DNA of 32,000 nucleotides from Mucisphaera calidilacus (GCF_007748075.1 NZ_CP036280.1:1440001-1472000), one strand, 5' to 3'; shown: positions 8,042 to 17,460, numbered from the stretch's first letter. The notes: a model not told the origin generated them from the sequence alone. Translations and numbers: made by a program.

Positions 8042-9193
8042 TCAGAATCGCCACGCGTACGAGATGGCCAGGCCGCCGAAGCTGTGGGGCCGTGTCTGCC
8101 CCTCGAACTGATCCGTAAGAATCGTCTGGTAGAGACCGATGCGGAACGTGCCGTTGCCGGTGTGCCGCGCAGCCTCGATGCCGACCTGGAAGCGTCCGAC
8201 AAGCGGCTTGGCATCGAGCCCCGTATCCGATTGGGTGCTGCTCCCCTCGATGAAGGTGTCGTGCTCCACGAGAACAATGCCCGCACGCCCATAAAAGTAA
8301 GCAGTCCACCGCGGCTCGCTAACGATCCGGAAGCTGTCGGGGTGGTCCGTCAGCCCGATCATCGGCGCGTCAGGGTCATCGAGTTGGCTCGGGCCAAAAT
8401 CGCGAGGCAGAGGCAACCATGACGCACGCCAGAGCAGGTCGGCAGCGGCCTGCCGCTGAACCGTGCCGAGAATCAGTTCGGCTCGGGGAATCAACTCGTG
8501 CTGGAAGCCGTCGGGCGACCGGTCAAGATCCACACGCCACTTCTTGCGGAAGGTGGCCTGGATCGTGGGCTCGTCGGGAAGCTGTTGACCCCAGCCCATG
8601 GGCTCCTGGATGTTGATGGCGTCGTGCCAGTTGCTCTGAACGACATCGGCGCCGGAAGAAGGCCCTATCCAGCCCAGATCAAGCTGAAAGTGATCGAGTG
8701 TGTGCTGGTTGGCTCGCTGGAGAAAGGCACCGAGGTAGGTGTAGCCGGCGTAGCGTCGGTCGTCGGGGTCCACGGCAGGATTGTCGAGGTTGTCGGGCGT
8801 GAAGATCTTCTGGGCGAGGAGGTAGCCGACGGCGGTGTCGTCCGGCGTGTCGAGATGATCGAGTGAAGGGATGTGGACGGCCAGGGCATCGGCCCAGTCG
8901 GGCTGGTGAGTGATCAACAGACCCAGACCATTGGTGTACTGGCGGTCGGACCGATCAATGATCTTCAGCGGCGTGGAGTCGTTCTCCATCAGGAAGCTGA
9001 CAGAGAGATATCCCTGAGGTTCTGCCGGTACTGGATCGCTCACTGGCTGAGCACGAAGCGGCACAGCCGACAGGAAGATCATCGCACAGCCAAAGAGAAG
9101 GGCGTGTGTGACATCGAGGAAAATGCCTGATGGTTGCGGGAGACCGCTGACAGGGCGGCGGACAGCCCGTGTCGTGCGGGAAAGTCGGTGCAT
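8042..9193 (-). CDS. Outer-membrane beta-barrel protein, LpxR-like lipid A deacylase family (DUF2219)
   Basis: N-terminal hydrophobic signal. FLMENDS...DRSDRQYTNGLGLL resembles the DUF2219/LpxR END...DRxYTxG motif. The sequence has alternating beta-strand character and a C-terminal aromatic end, ...ISYAWRF. The family call is from motif memory only. Confidence 0.6.
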   Translation of the reverse strand: MHRLSRTTRAVRRPVSGLPQPSGIFLDVTHALLFGCAMIFLSAVPLRAQPVSDPVPAEPQGYLSVSFLMENDSTPLKIIDRSDRQYTNGLGLLITHQPDWADALAVHIPSLDHLDTPDDTAVGYLLAQKIFTPDNLDNPAVDPDDRRYAGYTYLGAFLQRANQHTLDHFQLDLGWIGPSSGADVVQSNWHDAINIQEPMGWGQQLPDEPTIQATFRKKWRVDLDRSPDGFQHELIPRAELILGTVQRQAAADLLWRASWLPLPRDFGPSQLDDPDAPMIGLTDHPDSFRIVSEPRWTAYFYGRAGIVLVEHDTFIEGSSTQSDTGLDAKPLVGRFQVGIEAARHTGNGTFRIGLYQTILTDQFEGQTRPHSFGGLAISYAWRF

Positions 9194-9240
9194 ACCTCTA
9201 CTGTCGCCTATAGAACGCGGTCTGACAAATAAACGTCTCG

Positions 9241-9861
9241 TCAGGCGGCCTGAATAAGCGGACGTGCCACGGGCGTGGCACGCGGCCAGGAGGCGAGTGC
9301 AACCTGAACAAGTTCCTCCGCGGCCCGATCGTCAAGCGGCCGTCGATCCTCGAGCGCGGTGAGAAGCCCGCTGAGATCGAGATGGTGCGCCCGGCTGGAT
9401 ACCGGCGCGAGAAGGTAGACAACGAAAGCAGAGGTGAGGGCTAAATCGGTTTCGGTGCGATCCGGTTCGGCGCCGAGGAGCCCCGTGTGCTGCTGACGCT
9501 GGGCGAGGGCGAACCAGAGACGGTTCGCGCACTGCTCAAGAGCATCGGCCTGATCCGGGCCGACCGCTCCGAGAGCCCGGGCTCGTTCGATGCCGCTGAG
9601 ACAGGCCGCCAGAACGATGGGATCGTGGTCGGTGACGCACTCGGCGAGGAGGCCGTCAAAGATGGTGTTGCCAAGATGGGTGGGGCCGTGGGTCAATTCG
9701 ACAACACGACGGAGAGCGAGGCCGAGACAGCCGCCAGGCGACTGCGAGAGACGCAGACGCAAAGGCATCGGCAGAAGCGTGCCGTTGCGCACGAGGTCGA
9801 TGAGAAGCTGGTCATAGTCGCGGTCGAGAAGGTGACGCTGGATCTGAGGTAGAGAGAGCAT
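9241..9861 (-). CDS. Hypothetical protein, predicted mostly alpha-helical, no recognisable motif
   Basis: The ATG at 9861 has GGAG about 8 nt upstream and GC3-biased codons. It lies 47 nt upstream of the LpxR-like gene on the same strand. I recognise no signal peptide, TM segment or motif. Confidence 0.5.
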   Translation of the reverse strand: MLSLPQIQRHLLDRDYDQLLIDLVRNGTLLPMPLRLRLSQSPGGCLGLALRRVVELTHGPTHLGNTIFDGLLAECVTDHDPIVLAACLSGIERARALGAVGPDQADALEQCANRLWFALAQRQQHTGLLGAEPDRTETDLALTSAFVVYLLAPVSSRAHHLDLSGLLTALEDRRPLDDRAAEELVQVALASWPRATPVARPLIQAA

Positions 9862-9989
9862 GACGGTCTCCGTTTGAGGTTTGTATGCACGAACAATACC
9901 CGAACGAATTTCGTGTGTCAAGTGTATGTTCGGATATTTTTAGGCATGCCCGAGATCGCGTAAGCTGGGTGCTCTTGGAGGTGCTGTCG

Positions 9990-10385
9990 ATGGCTCGGTT
10001 GATTGAAGTCGGTCTGGGCGTTGTCATCGACAGCGAACGCGTGCTCGTCACGCAGCGAAAACCGGATGGTCCCTTGCCTGGGTTATGGGAAATCCCAGGC
10101 GGCAAGGTTGAACGGGGCGAAACACACGAAGTGTGCGTGCGTCGCGAGTTGATGGAGGAGGTCGGGCTCGAGGTCTCCGTCGGAGCGATTATCGGCGTCT
10201 GGGAGCACGCATACCCGCATGGAGCGGTGCGGCTCTGGGCCTACTGGTGCCGGCGGCTCAGCGGCGAGGCCCGGGCGATCGAGGTGGCGGACCTGACCTG
10301 GGCAGATCGGTTATCGCTCCATGAACGATCCTATCCCGAGGCAAGCCTGCCGCTGATCAGCGAGATCGCGTCGGCTCTGCCGTGA
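9990..10385 (+). CDS. mutT: NUDIX hydrolase, MutT-like (8-oxo-dGTP diphosphatase family)
   Basis: Nudix box GGKVERGETHEVCVRRELMEEVGLEV, preceded by LWEIPGG. The ATG at 9990 has GGAGG 8 nt upstream. The longer ORF from 9885 lies in low-GC sequence. Confidence 0.8.
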   Translation: MARLIEVGLGVVIDSERVLVTQRKPDGPLPGLWEIPGGKVERGETHEVCVRRELMEEVGLEVSVGAIIGVWEHAYPHGAVRLWAYWCRRLSGEARAIEVADLTWADRLSLHERSYPEASLPLISEIASALP

Positions 10386-10477
10386 AGGCCTGAATCTGCG
10401 TGTTTTTGGGGATCAACAAGCGTTTAGGTCGATAGCCCTTAGTGCCTCGGGTCACGTCGGTCGTGCCGTAGCGGGGC

Positions 10478-13048
10478 GTGCTTGATGTCGTTGTAAGGGT
10501 CGCCTGCGTGGCCAAGGACGGAGCAGGAACCGAGTTTTGCCTGACAGCCCGTTTGGGGCTGGTTCTTGTGCTGCTCGTAACGGGCCTCTGCCGAGGGCAG
10601 GCAGCACTGTCTCTCGAGAACGCCGGTCTTTACCTGCCGCAGCAGGACATGACGGTGGAGGTCGCCGAGGAAGTCCTGGAGGTGGTGAGGTCGCGCGCGA
10701 TCGCTTCACTGGGGTACCAGATCATCCCCGACCCCGGCGTCTTGCTGCCCGGCGGCCCGCCCGGCCTGCGGGGCACGACCTACCTGCGCCGGCGCACGTC
10801 ACAAGGCGAACACTACATCCAGATGGGCTACAAGCTCTTCGACCATCAGCCGCTTCATCTCTGGGTCTACGGCCAGATCGTCACCGAAAAGGGGGTGACG
10901 GCCAACGGTGATCTCGCCGGCATGGAGAAGATGATCGAGGACGCCATCAAGAACGTAGAGGCGTTCTACAAGTCGTTCCGGCCCGGCGACCTCGCGACAG
11001 GTGTCATCGACCTCAGCTACATCGAAGCCGATCGATGCATGGCCATCCTGAAAGGGCTGGGGTACCAGACGATCAACTTCAAAGAGGCCGGCAACGGTGT
11101 CGGCGGAGCCAAGCTGATCGAGCCCGCGACACCCATCGACGTGCGCGACCTGCCCGTGGTGATGGCCCTGCCCGCTGCAGCACACACAGGACTCGTGGGT
11201 GCGGGATCGGCACAGTCCTCGGGCGGTCAGTTCAAGCTGTCGCTGGTGCCGAGCATCGCGGGTTCATTCGAGAATTACACGAGTGCCACGCCACTGATGC
11301 AGCTGATGGTGCTCTATGACGCGGAGGAAGCCCACGTCTTCACCAGCCTGGTGAAGAAGATCCGCGACACCATCGACGTGCCGGCAAGACAACTGGTTAT
11401 CGAGGCCATGATCCTTGAGATCTCGGAGACAGGCCTGGACAAGCTGGGCGTGCAGTGGGAACTCTCTAATGTACCCAAGGACAGCATCGAGTCGTTCGCC
11501 TTCGGCCGTCTTCCGGACTTCGGCACAGGCCAGGGCCCCACGTTCGACCTCACACTGATCGACATCGGCAACAACTGGCGTGTCAAGGTTCAGGCACTGG
11601 TCCGAGACGGCGACGCGGAGATCCTCAGCCGACCCAGCGTGCTGACACTCGATCACCGCCAGGCGTCGATACGAATCGGTGAAGACATCCCGATCGCGAC
11701 GTCGATCCGTGGTGCCACCGGCGGCGACACGATCCAGTTCTCCTTTGCCTACATCCCGGTCGGGATTCTCCTCAACGTCCGGCCACGAATCTCGTCAAAC
11801 GGCCAGGAAGTGACCATGCAGGTCGACGGCGTGGTCTCCAACGAGGTGCCGGGCGGCGACCTCGTCGTCGTGGATCAGGACGGCAACGAACTCGGCAGCG
11901 CACCACGCGTCTCCTCGCGTCGTGTGCAGACGCATACACGCATCGCCAACAACACTCCCTTTATCATCGGCGGCCTGATCTCCAACGAAACAAGCACCAC
12001 GCAGGACAAAGTGCCTCTGCTCGGGGATATCCCATGGCTCGGCGCCGCATTCCGATCAAGCGACACCGAGGTGATTAAACGCGAGGTGATCATCGTCATC
12101 ACGCCCTACGTGCTTCCGACCGAGGGCATTCCCGGACGCGTGCTACCCGAAGACAAGGACGTCTTCGACAGCTTCGACAACCAGCTGTTTGGCGACGTCT
12201 ACCGCATCCGTGCCGAGGACGTGCCGGACCTCGCCTTCCTCGATGACAACCCGGAACTCGAACTCGCCCGCAACCGCGCAGAGACGATCACCAGCAGGTT
12301 CCCCAATCTGATCAACCAGTATCCGTTCAACCAGTTCCTGGACGGACGCGTGCCCGGCGAAGAGGTCCTCGTCTACCACCTGATGTACGAGGTGATCGAG
12401 CGACGTGAGATCGAGAAGTCGATCCAGGCACGCCGCCTCGTCTTCCTCAAGCCGCGCGATGACAGGCCGGCGGGAGCGAGCGTGTCTTTCCTCATCCAGC
12501 ACATCGGCCAGGAACTCGGGGTTGAGATCCCCAAGCACAGCATCGGATTCAAGTGGCTGTTCAACCAGATGCAGGGACACGCGCTCGCGTTGACATACAC
12601 AATCCCGTCGGAACCCAAAGTGGATGAGGTGCTGTTCAAGGCCATCCCCGAAGTTCGGCTGGTGCCCTGCGCCGACCGTGACGAGTGGCTGAACCTGCTC
12701 TACGAGCTGAATCGTCCGGGCGACGGAGGCGAGAAACGCCACACCATCCTGATCCGAAATGAAGAGGACTTGAAACGTTTGATGCGTTGCGTGGTCCTGC
12801 GTCACGCCGTCGAATTGAACCAGGGCCAGGATCAGCTCCGCCTCAAGGACTACCAGCGGGGTCGTCAGCTGATTATGCCCGAGACCAGCCGGGACGAGAC
12901 CTTCCTCATCGATCACGAGGTTGCAGAGTATTACTACCTCAGCGTGCAGTACTTCGCCGCCATGCTCGACCGGATCCGCGCCGACAGCGAGGCCCTGCGG
13001 CAAGAGATCGACTCGATCGAGTCCGGAAGCGTGCTGGGCGGGCGCTGA
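10478..13048 (+). CDS. Secretin-family outer-membrane channel protein with a long atypical C-terminal extension
   Basis: The secretin core spans about nt 11384-12115: RQLVIEAMILEISETGLDKLGVQW, AEILSRPSVLTLDHRQASIRIGEDIPI, VQTHTRIANNTPFIIGGLIS, KVPLLGDIPWLGAAFRS, REVIIVITPYVL. There is a signal-like segment LTARLGLVLVLLVTGLCRGQAA and one N-domain-like segment, VIDLSYIEADRCMAILKGLGYQTI. The exact start is uncertain (GTG 10478 or GTG 10508). Confidence 0.75.
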   Translation: MLDVVVRVACVAKDGAGTEFCLTARLGLVLVLLVTGLCRGQAALSLENAGLYLPQQDMTVEVAEEVLEVVRSRAIASLGYQIIPDPGVLLPGGPPGLRGTTYLRRRTSQGEHYIQMGYKLFDHQPLHLWVYGQIVTEKGVTANGDLAGMEKMIEDAIKNVEAFYKSFRPGDLATGVIDLSYIEADRCMAILKGLGYQTINFKEAGNGVGGAKLIEPATPIDVRDLPVVMALPAAAHTGLVGAGSAQSSGGQFKLSLVPSIAGSFENYTSATPLMQLMVLYDAEEAHVFTSLVKKIRDTIDVPARQLVIEAMILEISETGLDKLGVQWELSNVPKDSIESFAFGRLPDFGTGQGPTFDLTLIDIGNNWRVKVQALVRDGDAEILSRPSVLTLDHRQASIRIGEDIPIATSIRGATGGDTIQFSFAYIPVGILLNVRPRISSNGQEVTMQVDGVVSNEVPGGDLVVVDQDGNELGSAPRVSSRRVQTHTRIANNTPFIIGGLISNETSTTQDKVPLLGDIPWLGAAFRSSDTEVIKREVIIVITPYVLPTEGIPGRVLPEDKDVFDSFDNQLFGDVYRIRAEDVPDLAFLDDNPELELARNRAETITSRFPNLINQYPFNQFLDGRVPGEEVLVYHLMYEVIERREIEKSIQARRLVFLKPRDDRPAGASVSFLIQHIGQELGVEIPKHSIGFKWLFNQMQGHALALTYTIPSEPKVDEVLFKAIPEVRLVPCADRDEWLNLLYELNRPGDGGEKRHTILIRNEEDLKRLMRCVVLRHAVELNQGQDQLRLKDYQRGRQLIMPETSRDETFLIDHEVAEYYYLSVQYFAAMLDRIRADSEALRQEIDSIESGSVLGGR

Positions 13049-13060
13049 AAAGGGCGCCGA

Positions 13061-14458
13061 TCAGGCTCGTCGCTGCCAGGGACCGGTGATGGCGAAGGTC
13101 AGCCCCTGCTTCTGAATGTTGACAAACATCGTTGATCCGTCCGGGGAGAAGCAGGCACCCGCGAACTCAGAGGTGCTGAGCTGGTTGCCCGCGACCTTGA
13201 AGACCTGGCCATCAGGAGAGACGCCGACGACGAACTGCTTGTCGGAGCCATCCTCGCAGAGGATGACGTCACCCCACGGCGCGACGGTGAGGTTGTCCGC
13301 CATGTCGAGAACACCCCGGTCGTCCGGCTCGATGTAGAGCTCGAGACGCCCCGGGAAACGCCGCTCCTCGGGCTTGCCCTCGAACCGGCTGGGGACGTAA
13401 CGGAAGACCTGACCGCCACGCTTCGAGCCCCCGCTCGTGCAGGCGAAGAAGATGGAGTCGTTGCCGTACCACATGCCCTCGCCACGCGCGAAGCGGGCCG
13501 CACCCTTGCCATAACCCTGAAAACGCAGGTCGTCCTTGGGGGCTTCGGGGTTCTCGATGTCAACCCAGCTGACGTTGAGGGTTTCACGCACCGGGATGTT
13601 CAGGCCACGAGCCGAGCCGTCCCGGTTGCGGTAGTTGAAGGTGTCCGCGGAGGGATGATCCGTGAGAACCAAAGCCTGCAGCCTGCCGCCTTTCTCCATG
13701 CGCCCCGGCTCATTGGGGATGAAGCGATAGATCAGCCCGTCGCCGCGGTCTTCGGTCTGATAGACGATGCCGGATACAGGATCAACCGCGATCGCCTCGT
13801 GGTTCATGCGTCCCATCGCCTTGAGCGCGACAGGCCGGACCAGCCCGGGCGTCGTGGTGGCGGGCACCTCGAAGTTGTAGCCATGGGCGAGGTCGTAGCC
13901 GTCACCCTTGGGGGCGACGGTCTCCTCGCAGGTGATCCACGTGTTCCACGGCGTGGGGCCTCCGGCGCAATTGCGCACCGTGCCGGCGAGGGAGAGGAAG
14001 TGCTTCTCAACCTGCCCGGTTCGGGTGTCGTAGACGATGTTGGTCGTGCCGCCAAGGCAGGGCGACTGAGCATCGTAGATCAGATCACGGTCGATCTTGC
14101 CAAGACGCTCGGCGTTCGGGCCGAAGGGGCTGGTTCCGGTCTGGGTGTTCACCTGCTCGTGGTTGCGCACGATGACCGTCTTGCCGCCATCAGCGGGGAA
14201 GGCGGCCATGCCGTCGTGCATACCCGGGACGAGCAGCCCGTCGTCCATCTCCTCGCCAAGCCGCGAGATGATGCGGTAAGAAAAGCCCTCGGGCAGCGCG
14301 AGGATGCCTTCGGGATCGTCGATGAGCGGACCGTAACCGGCGTTGTTGGGTGCCGCGGCGAGAACGGGAGTCGCCGACCGGCAAAAGAGATCGAGTCCGA
14401 TGAAACCCAGAGAGACCGCGGCGGCGGACTTCACGAAATCACGGCGAGCAATCGACAT
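13061..14458 (-). CDS. Tat-exported PhoX/DUF839-family protein (putative alkaline phosphatase PhoX-like)
   Basis: Twin-arginine signal MSIARRDFVKSAAAVSLGF. Beta-propeller-type motifs typical of DUF839: GMHDGMAAFP, CAGGPTPWNTWITCEE, EGMWYGNDSIFFACTSGG, PWGDVILCEDG, EFAGACFSPDGSTMFVNIQ. The ATG at 14458 has GGAG 6 nt upstream. The TTG at 14470 overlaps that SD. Confidence 0.75.
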   Translation of the reverse strand: MSIARRDFVKSAAAVSLGFIGLDLFCRSATPVLAAAPNNAGYGPLIDDPEGILALPEGFSYRIISRLGEEMDDGLLVPGMHDGMAAFPADGGKTVIVRNHEQVNTQTGTSPFGPNAERLGKIDRDLIYDAQSPCLGGTTNIVYDTRTGQVEKHFLSLAGTVRNCAGGPTPWNTWITCEETVAPKGDGYDLAHGYNFEVPATTTPGLVRPVALKAMGRMNHEAIAVDPVSGIVYQTEDRGDGLIYRFIPNEPGRMEKGGRLQALVLTDHPSADTFNYRNRDGSARGLNIPVRETLNVSWVDIENPEAPKDDLRFQGYGKGAARFARGEGMWYGNDSIFFACTSGGSKRGGQVFRYVPSRFEGKPEERRFPGRLELYIEPDDRGVLDMADNLTVAPWGDVILCEDGSDKQFVVGVSPDGQVFKVAGNQLSTSEFAGACFSPDGSTMFVNIQKQGLTFAITGPWQRRA

Positions 14459-14529
14459 GGTGCGCTCCAATCGGTGGTTTGTCTGACAGCCACCTAGAGC
14501 ATAGTCACTTGTGCCGTGTTCGGATCGGG

Positions 14530-17460
14530 TTAGCGAGGCTCGTTGCTGTTCTCGGCGGACACCACCTCAACCCAGTGATACGCCTTGAGTCCGCTGAAAT
14601 CGGAGAGCTGGTGCCGGCAGGAGAAGCCGCAGGCGACGACCTCCTCGCCGGGTTCAAGTTTCTCGATGGCCGGCCCCAGGCGCAGGTCATAGACCTGTTT
14701 AGAGACCTCGAACTCCTCGTAACCGAAGGAACCCGCCATCCCGCAGCACCCGGAGTCAACCTCGTGGTAAGTCACGTTCTCCGCGAGGTCGAGGACGTCC
14801 TTCATCCCCTGCGTGCTGTTGAGCGACTTCTGGTGGCAGTGGCCGTGGATCATGAGCTTGTCGAAGCGGGCCTTGATGGTCGCGTTGATGCGCCCCGCCT
14901 TGGCTTCGGCGGCGAGGAACTCGTCGATCATCATGACCTGAGGCGCGACACGCTTGCCCAACTCCACATCGTCGATCAGGTCGGGCAGATCATCGGCAAG
15001 CGAGGAGGCACAACTCGGCTCAAGACAGACGATCGGCAGCCCCTCGCGTGCGTATTTATCCAGATTGCGCAGCGTCTTTTCACCCGCCTTCTTGGCCGCG
15101 CGGACCATGCCCTTGGACAGCCGAGGCCGCTGGCAGCAACCTGCGCGAGCGAGCGTGACCTTGTAGCCGCAGCCCTCCAAAAGCTCGACGGCAGAAACAC
15201 CGACGTGAGGCTCGAAGTAGCTGGCGTAGGTGTCGTCGAAGAGAACGACCTCAGGGCGATCATCCTTCGGCTTGCGATGCCTGCGGAACCAGCCCTGAAG
15301 TGACCATGTGGCAAACTTCGGCGCGGGCCGTCGTGCGTCAATACCCGCGATCGCCTCCAGCAGCTTCTTCATGGGCGTCAGGCCCTGCACCCAGTTGACA
15401 ATCGGCGCGAGAGGACCGCAGACGAGCCTGGCAATCGTCGGCGAGTCGCCCATCAGCCGGTAGCCGAGCGGCAGCCCGAAGCGGTCGTGCATCATCTGCA
15501 GGACGTCAGACTTCATCTTCGCCATATCAACCGAGTTGGGGCACTCGGTCTTGCAGGACTTGCAGGCCAGGCAGAGCCCGAGCACGTCCTTCATCCGCTT
15601 GTCCGTCATGGCATCGGGACCAAGCTGACCCGACATGGCCATGCGCAGCGCGTTGGCCCGGCCGCGTGTTGAGGCCTCCTCGTCGCGCGTCGCCATGTAG
15701 GAAGGGCACATGGTGCCAACGTCGACCTTCCGGCAGGCACCAACGCCAGAGCACTGCTCGACAGCGCTCGCAAACCCACCCTGATCGCGGTAGTGGTAAT
15801 TGATGCGCGACTCGGTCGCATCGATAACGTCGAGCCGATACGCGTCGCCATACCTGAGATGCTCGGTCATCAAAGGCGTATCAAGAATCTTGTTGGGGTT
15901 CATCAGCCCACGCGGGTCAAACAGCGCACGGACCTGCTTGAACGCTTCATAGAGCTGGTCGCCGAAGAAGGGCCTGACAAACTCGCCTCGGACCAGGCCG
16001 TCGCCGTGCTCGCCCGACCACGAACCACCATACTCCTTGCACATCTCGAAGGCGGCCCACGCGATCGAGCGCATCTTCTCCTGCTCCTCCTTGTAGTGGA
16101 GGTCGATCAGCGGCTTGATGTGCAGCACACCCACAGAAGCATGAGCGTAGACCGCGGCGGAGGTGCCGTGCTCCTCGCAGACCTTCAGCAGCCGCTCGAC
16201 GTACTCGGCAAGATGCTCAATGGGGATGCAGGCATCATCAACGAAGTCAAGAGCCTTGCGCGGGCCCGGCGTATTGGCAATAAGACCGAGCCCGAGCTTG
16301 CGGACGTCCCACGCCTCCGAGATCTCCTTCGGGTCACGCCGAACGGCCTGGGCGAAGCCGACGCCCTGCTGCCTCATCGACTCGGCAAAAGCCTCCGCCC
16401 GGCTGGCCGCGTGCGCCTGATCGTCGCCATAGAATTCGACAATCTGCACGGCCTTGGGGTGACCCTCCATGAAGTGACAGAGGTGCTTGGTCGCGGGGTT
16501 GCGGATCGCCTCGTCGATGACGTAGTGATCCAGCAACTCGACGGCAGACGGCCCGTGCTCAAGCATCGCGGGAAGACAGCGGAGCGACGGGAGCAGCTCG
16601 TCGAAGTGAACCACGCACAGCGCGGTCGCCTTGGGGTTCTCAACGAGCTTCACCTTCGCCTCGATGAGAATGCCCAGCGTGCCCTCAGAACCGACGATGA
16701 TGTTGCTCAGGTTCCAAGGTGTCTGGCCGGGATCGTCCAGGAAAGCATCGAGGTTATACCCGCCAACCCTGCGCATCACCTTGGGAAAGCGAGCCTCGAT
16801 CTCGTCACGGTTCTCGGCGATGATCTGCCCAAAGCGGCTATAGATCCTGCCCTCGAGATTCTCCTGGTTGCTCTTGGCGCACCACCGGTCCCAGTCGCAG
16901 GCGTCGAGATCGAGAAGGGTCCCGTCGGCGAGAAGCACACGGCAGGCGAGCAGGTTCTCCTGCGCCTTGCCATACAGGATCGAACGCGTGCCGGACGAAT
17001 TGTTACCGATGATGCCGCCCACAGTGGCGCGTGATCCGGTGGCGGGGTCGGGAGCGTAGTGCAGACCGAGATGCCTGAGCTGAGCATTGAGCCTGTCACG
17101 AACAATGCCCGGCTGGACACGTGCCCAGCGTTCCTCCTCGTTGACCTCGATCAGCTTGTCCATGTGCTGAGAAACATCGATGATCATCCCCACGCCATGC
17201 GTCTGCCCGGATAACGAGGTGCCTGCTCCACGGGCGGTCATCGGCAGGCTGTGCTTGGCCGCAACCTTCACGGCCGCGACACAATCAGCCTCGTCGCGTG
17301 GATTCACCACACACGTCGGCATGATCTGGTAGTGAGAGGCGTCCGTGGCGTGGATGCCGCGGCTGAAAATATCGGTACGAATCTCTCCACGAACCGCTTC
17401 GGTCAGGTCGCGTTCGATGGCGGGCAGGTCGAAGGTATGAGTGGCTGTGGGCTGAATCAT
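14530..17460 (-). CDS. ydiJ: FAD-binding oxidase fused to an Fe-S / cysteine-rich (CCG) domain, YdiJ-type 2-hydroxyacid (D-lactate / D-2-hydroxyglutarate) dehydrogenase-like
   Basis: 976 aa. N-terminal FAD_binding_4-type region (PMTARGAGTSLSGQ...GGIIGNNSSGTRS). Central cluster motifs CSGVGACRKVDVGTMCPS and CLACKSCKTECP. C-terminal Cys-rich repeats (CCQRP, CLEPSCAS, CCGMAGSFGY). GAGGA SD upstream of the ATG at 17460. Confidence 0.8.
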   Translation of the reverse strand: MIQPTATHTFDLPAIERDLTEAVRGEIRTDIFSRGIHATDASHYQIMPTCVVNPRDEADCVAAVKVAAKHSLPMTARGAGTSLSGQTHGVGMIIDVSQHMDKLIEVNEEERWARVQPGIVRDRLNAQLRHLGLHYAPDPATGSRATVGGIIGNNSSGTRSILYGKAQENLLACRVLLADGTLLDLDACDWDRWCAKSNQENLEGRIYSRFGQIIAENRDEIEARFPKVMRRVGGYNLDAFLDDPGQTPWNLSNIIVGSEGTLGILIEAKVKLVENPKATALCVVHFDELLPSLRCLPAMLEHGPSAVELLDHYVIDEAIRNPATKHLCHFMEGHPKAVQIVEFYGDDQAHAASRAEAFAESMRQQGVGFAQAVRRDPKEISEAWDVRKLGLGLIANTPGPRKALDFVDDACIPIEHLAEYVERLLKVCEEHGTSAAVYAHASVGVLHIKPLIDLHYKEEQEKMRSIAWAAFEMCKEYGGSWSGEHGDGLVRGEFVRPFFGDQLYEAFKQVRALFDPRGLMNPNKILDTPLMTEHLRYGDAYRLDVIDATESRINYHYRDQGGFASAVEQCSGVGACRKVDVGTMCPSYMATRDEEASTRGRANALRMAMSGQLGPDAMTDKRMKDVLGLCLACKSCKTECPNSVDMAKMKSDVLQMMHDRFGLPLGYRLMGDSPTIARLVCGPLAPIVNWVQGLTPMKKLLEAIAGIDARRPAPKFATWSLQGWFRRHRKPKDDRPEVVLFDDTYASYFEPHVGVSAVELLEGCGYKVTLARAGCCQRPRLSKGMVRAAKKAGEKTLRNLDKYAREGLPIVCLEPSCASSLADDLPDLIDDVELGKRVAPQVMMIDEFLAAEAKAGRINATIKARFDKLMIHGHCHQKSLNSTQGMKDVLDLAENVTYHEVDSGCCGMAGSFGYEEFEVSKQVYDLRLGPAIEKLEPGEEVVACGFSCRHQLSDFSGLKAYHWVEVVSAENSNEPR

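Noticed and set aside
2654-13048. Possibility that the pseudopilin-like genes plus the secretin form a type II secretion or type IV pilus locus
   Set aside because: No GspE/PilB-type ATPase, GspF/PilC platform, prepilin peptidase or PilMNOP genes are in the window. The pseudopilin-like genes are about 7 kb and about 10 kb from the secretin, separated by unrelated housekeeping genes, and belong to the massively expanded H-X9-DG family.
13044-13066. Short GGCGC...GCGCC inverted repeat at the secretin stop as a possible terminator
   Set aside because: It has only a 5-bp stem and an 8-nt loop, and no U-tract. It overlaps both stop codons, so it is too weak to call.
15793-17034. 413-aa plus-strand ORF antisense to the ydiJ-like gene (also 14479-15303 and 13655-14497)
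   Set aside because: Same shadow-ORF reasoning. The translations are Arg/Leu/Asp/Gly-rich with no domains, and they are fully overlapped by domain-bearing minus-strand genes.
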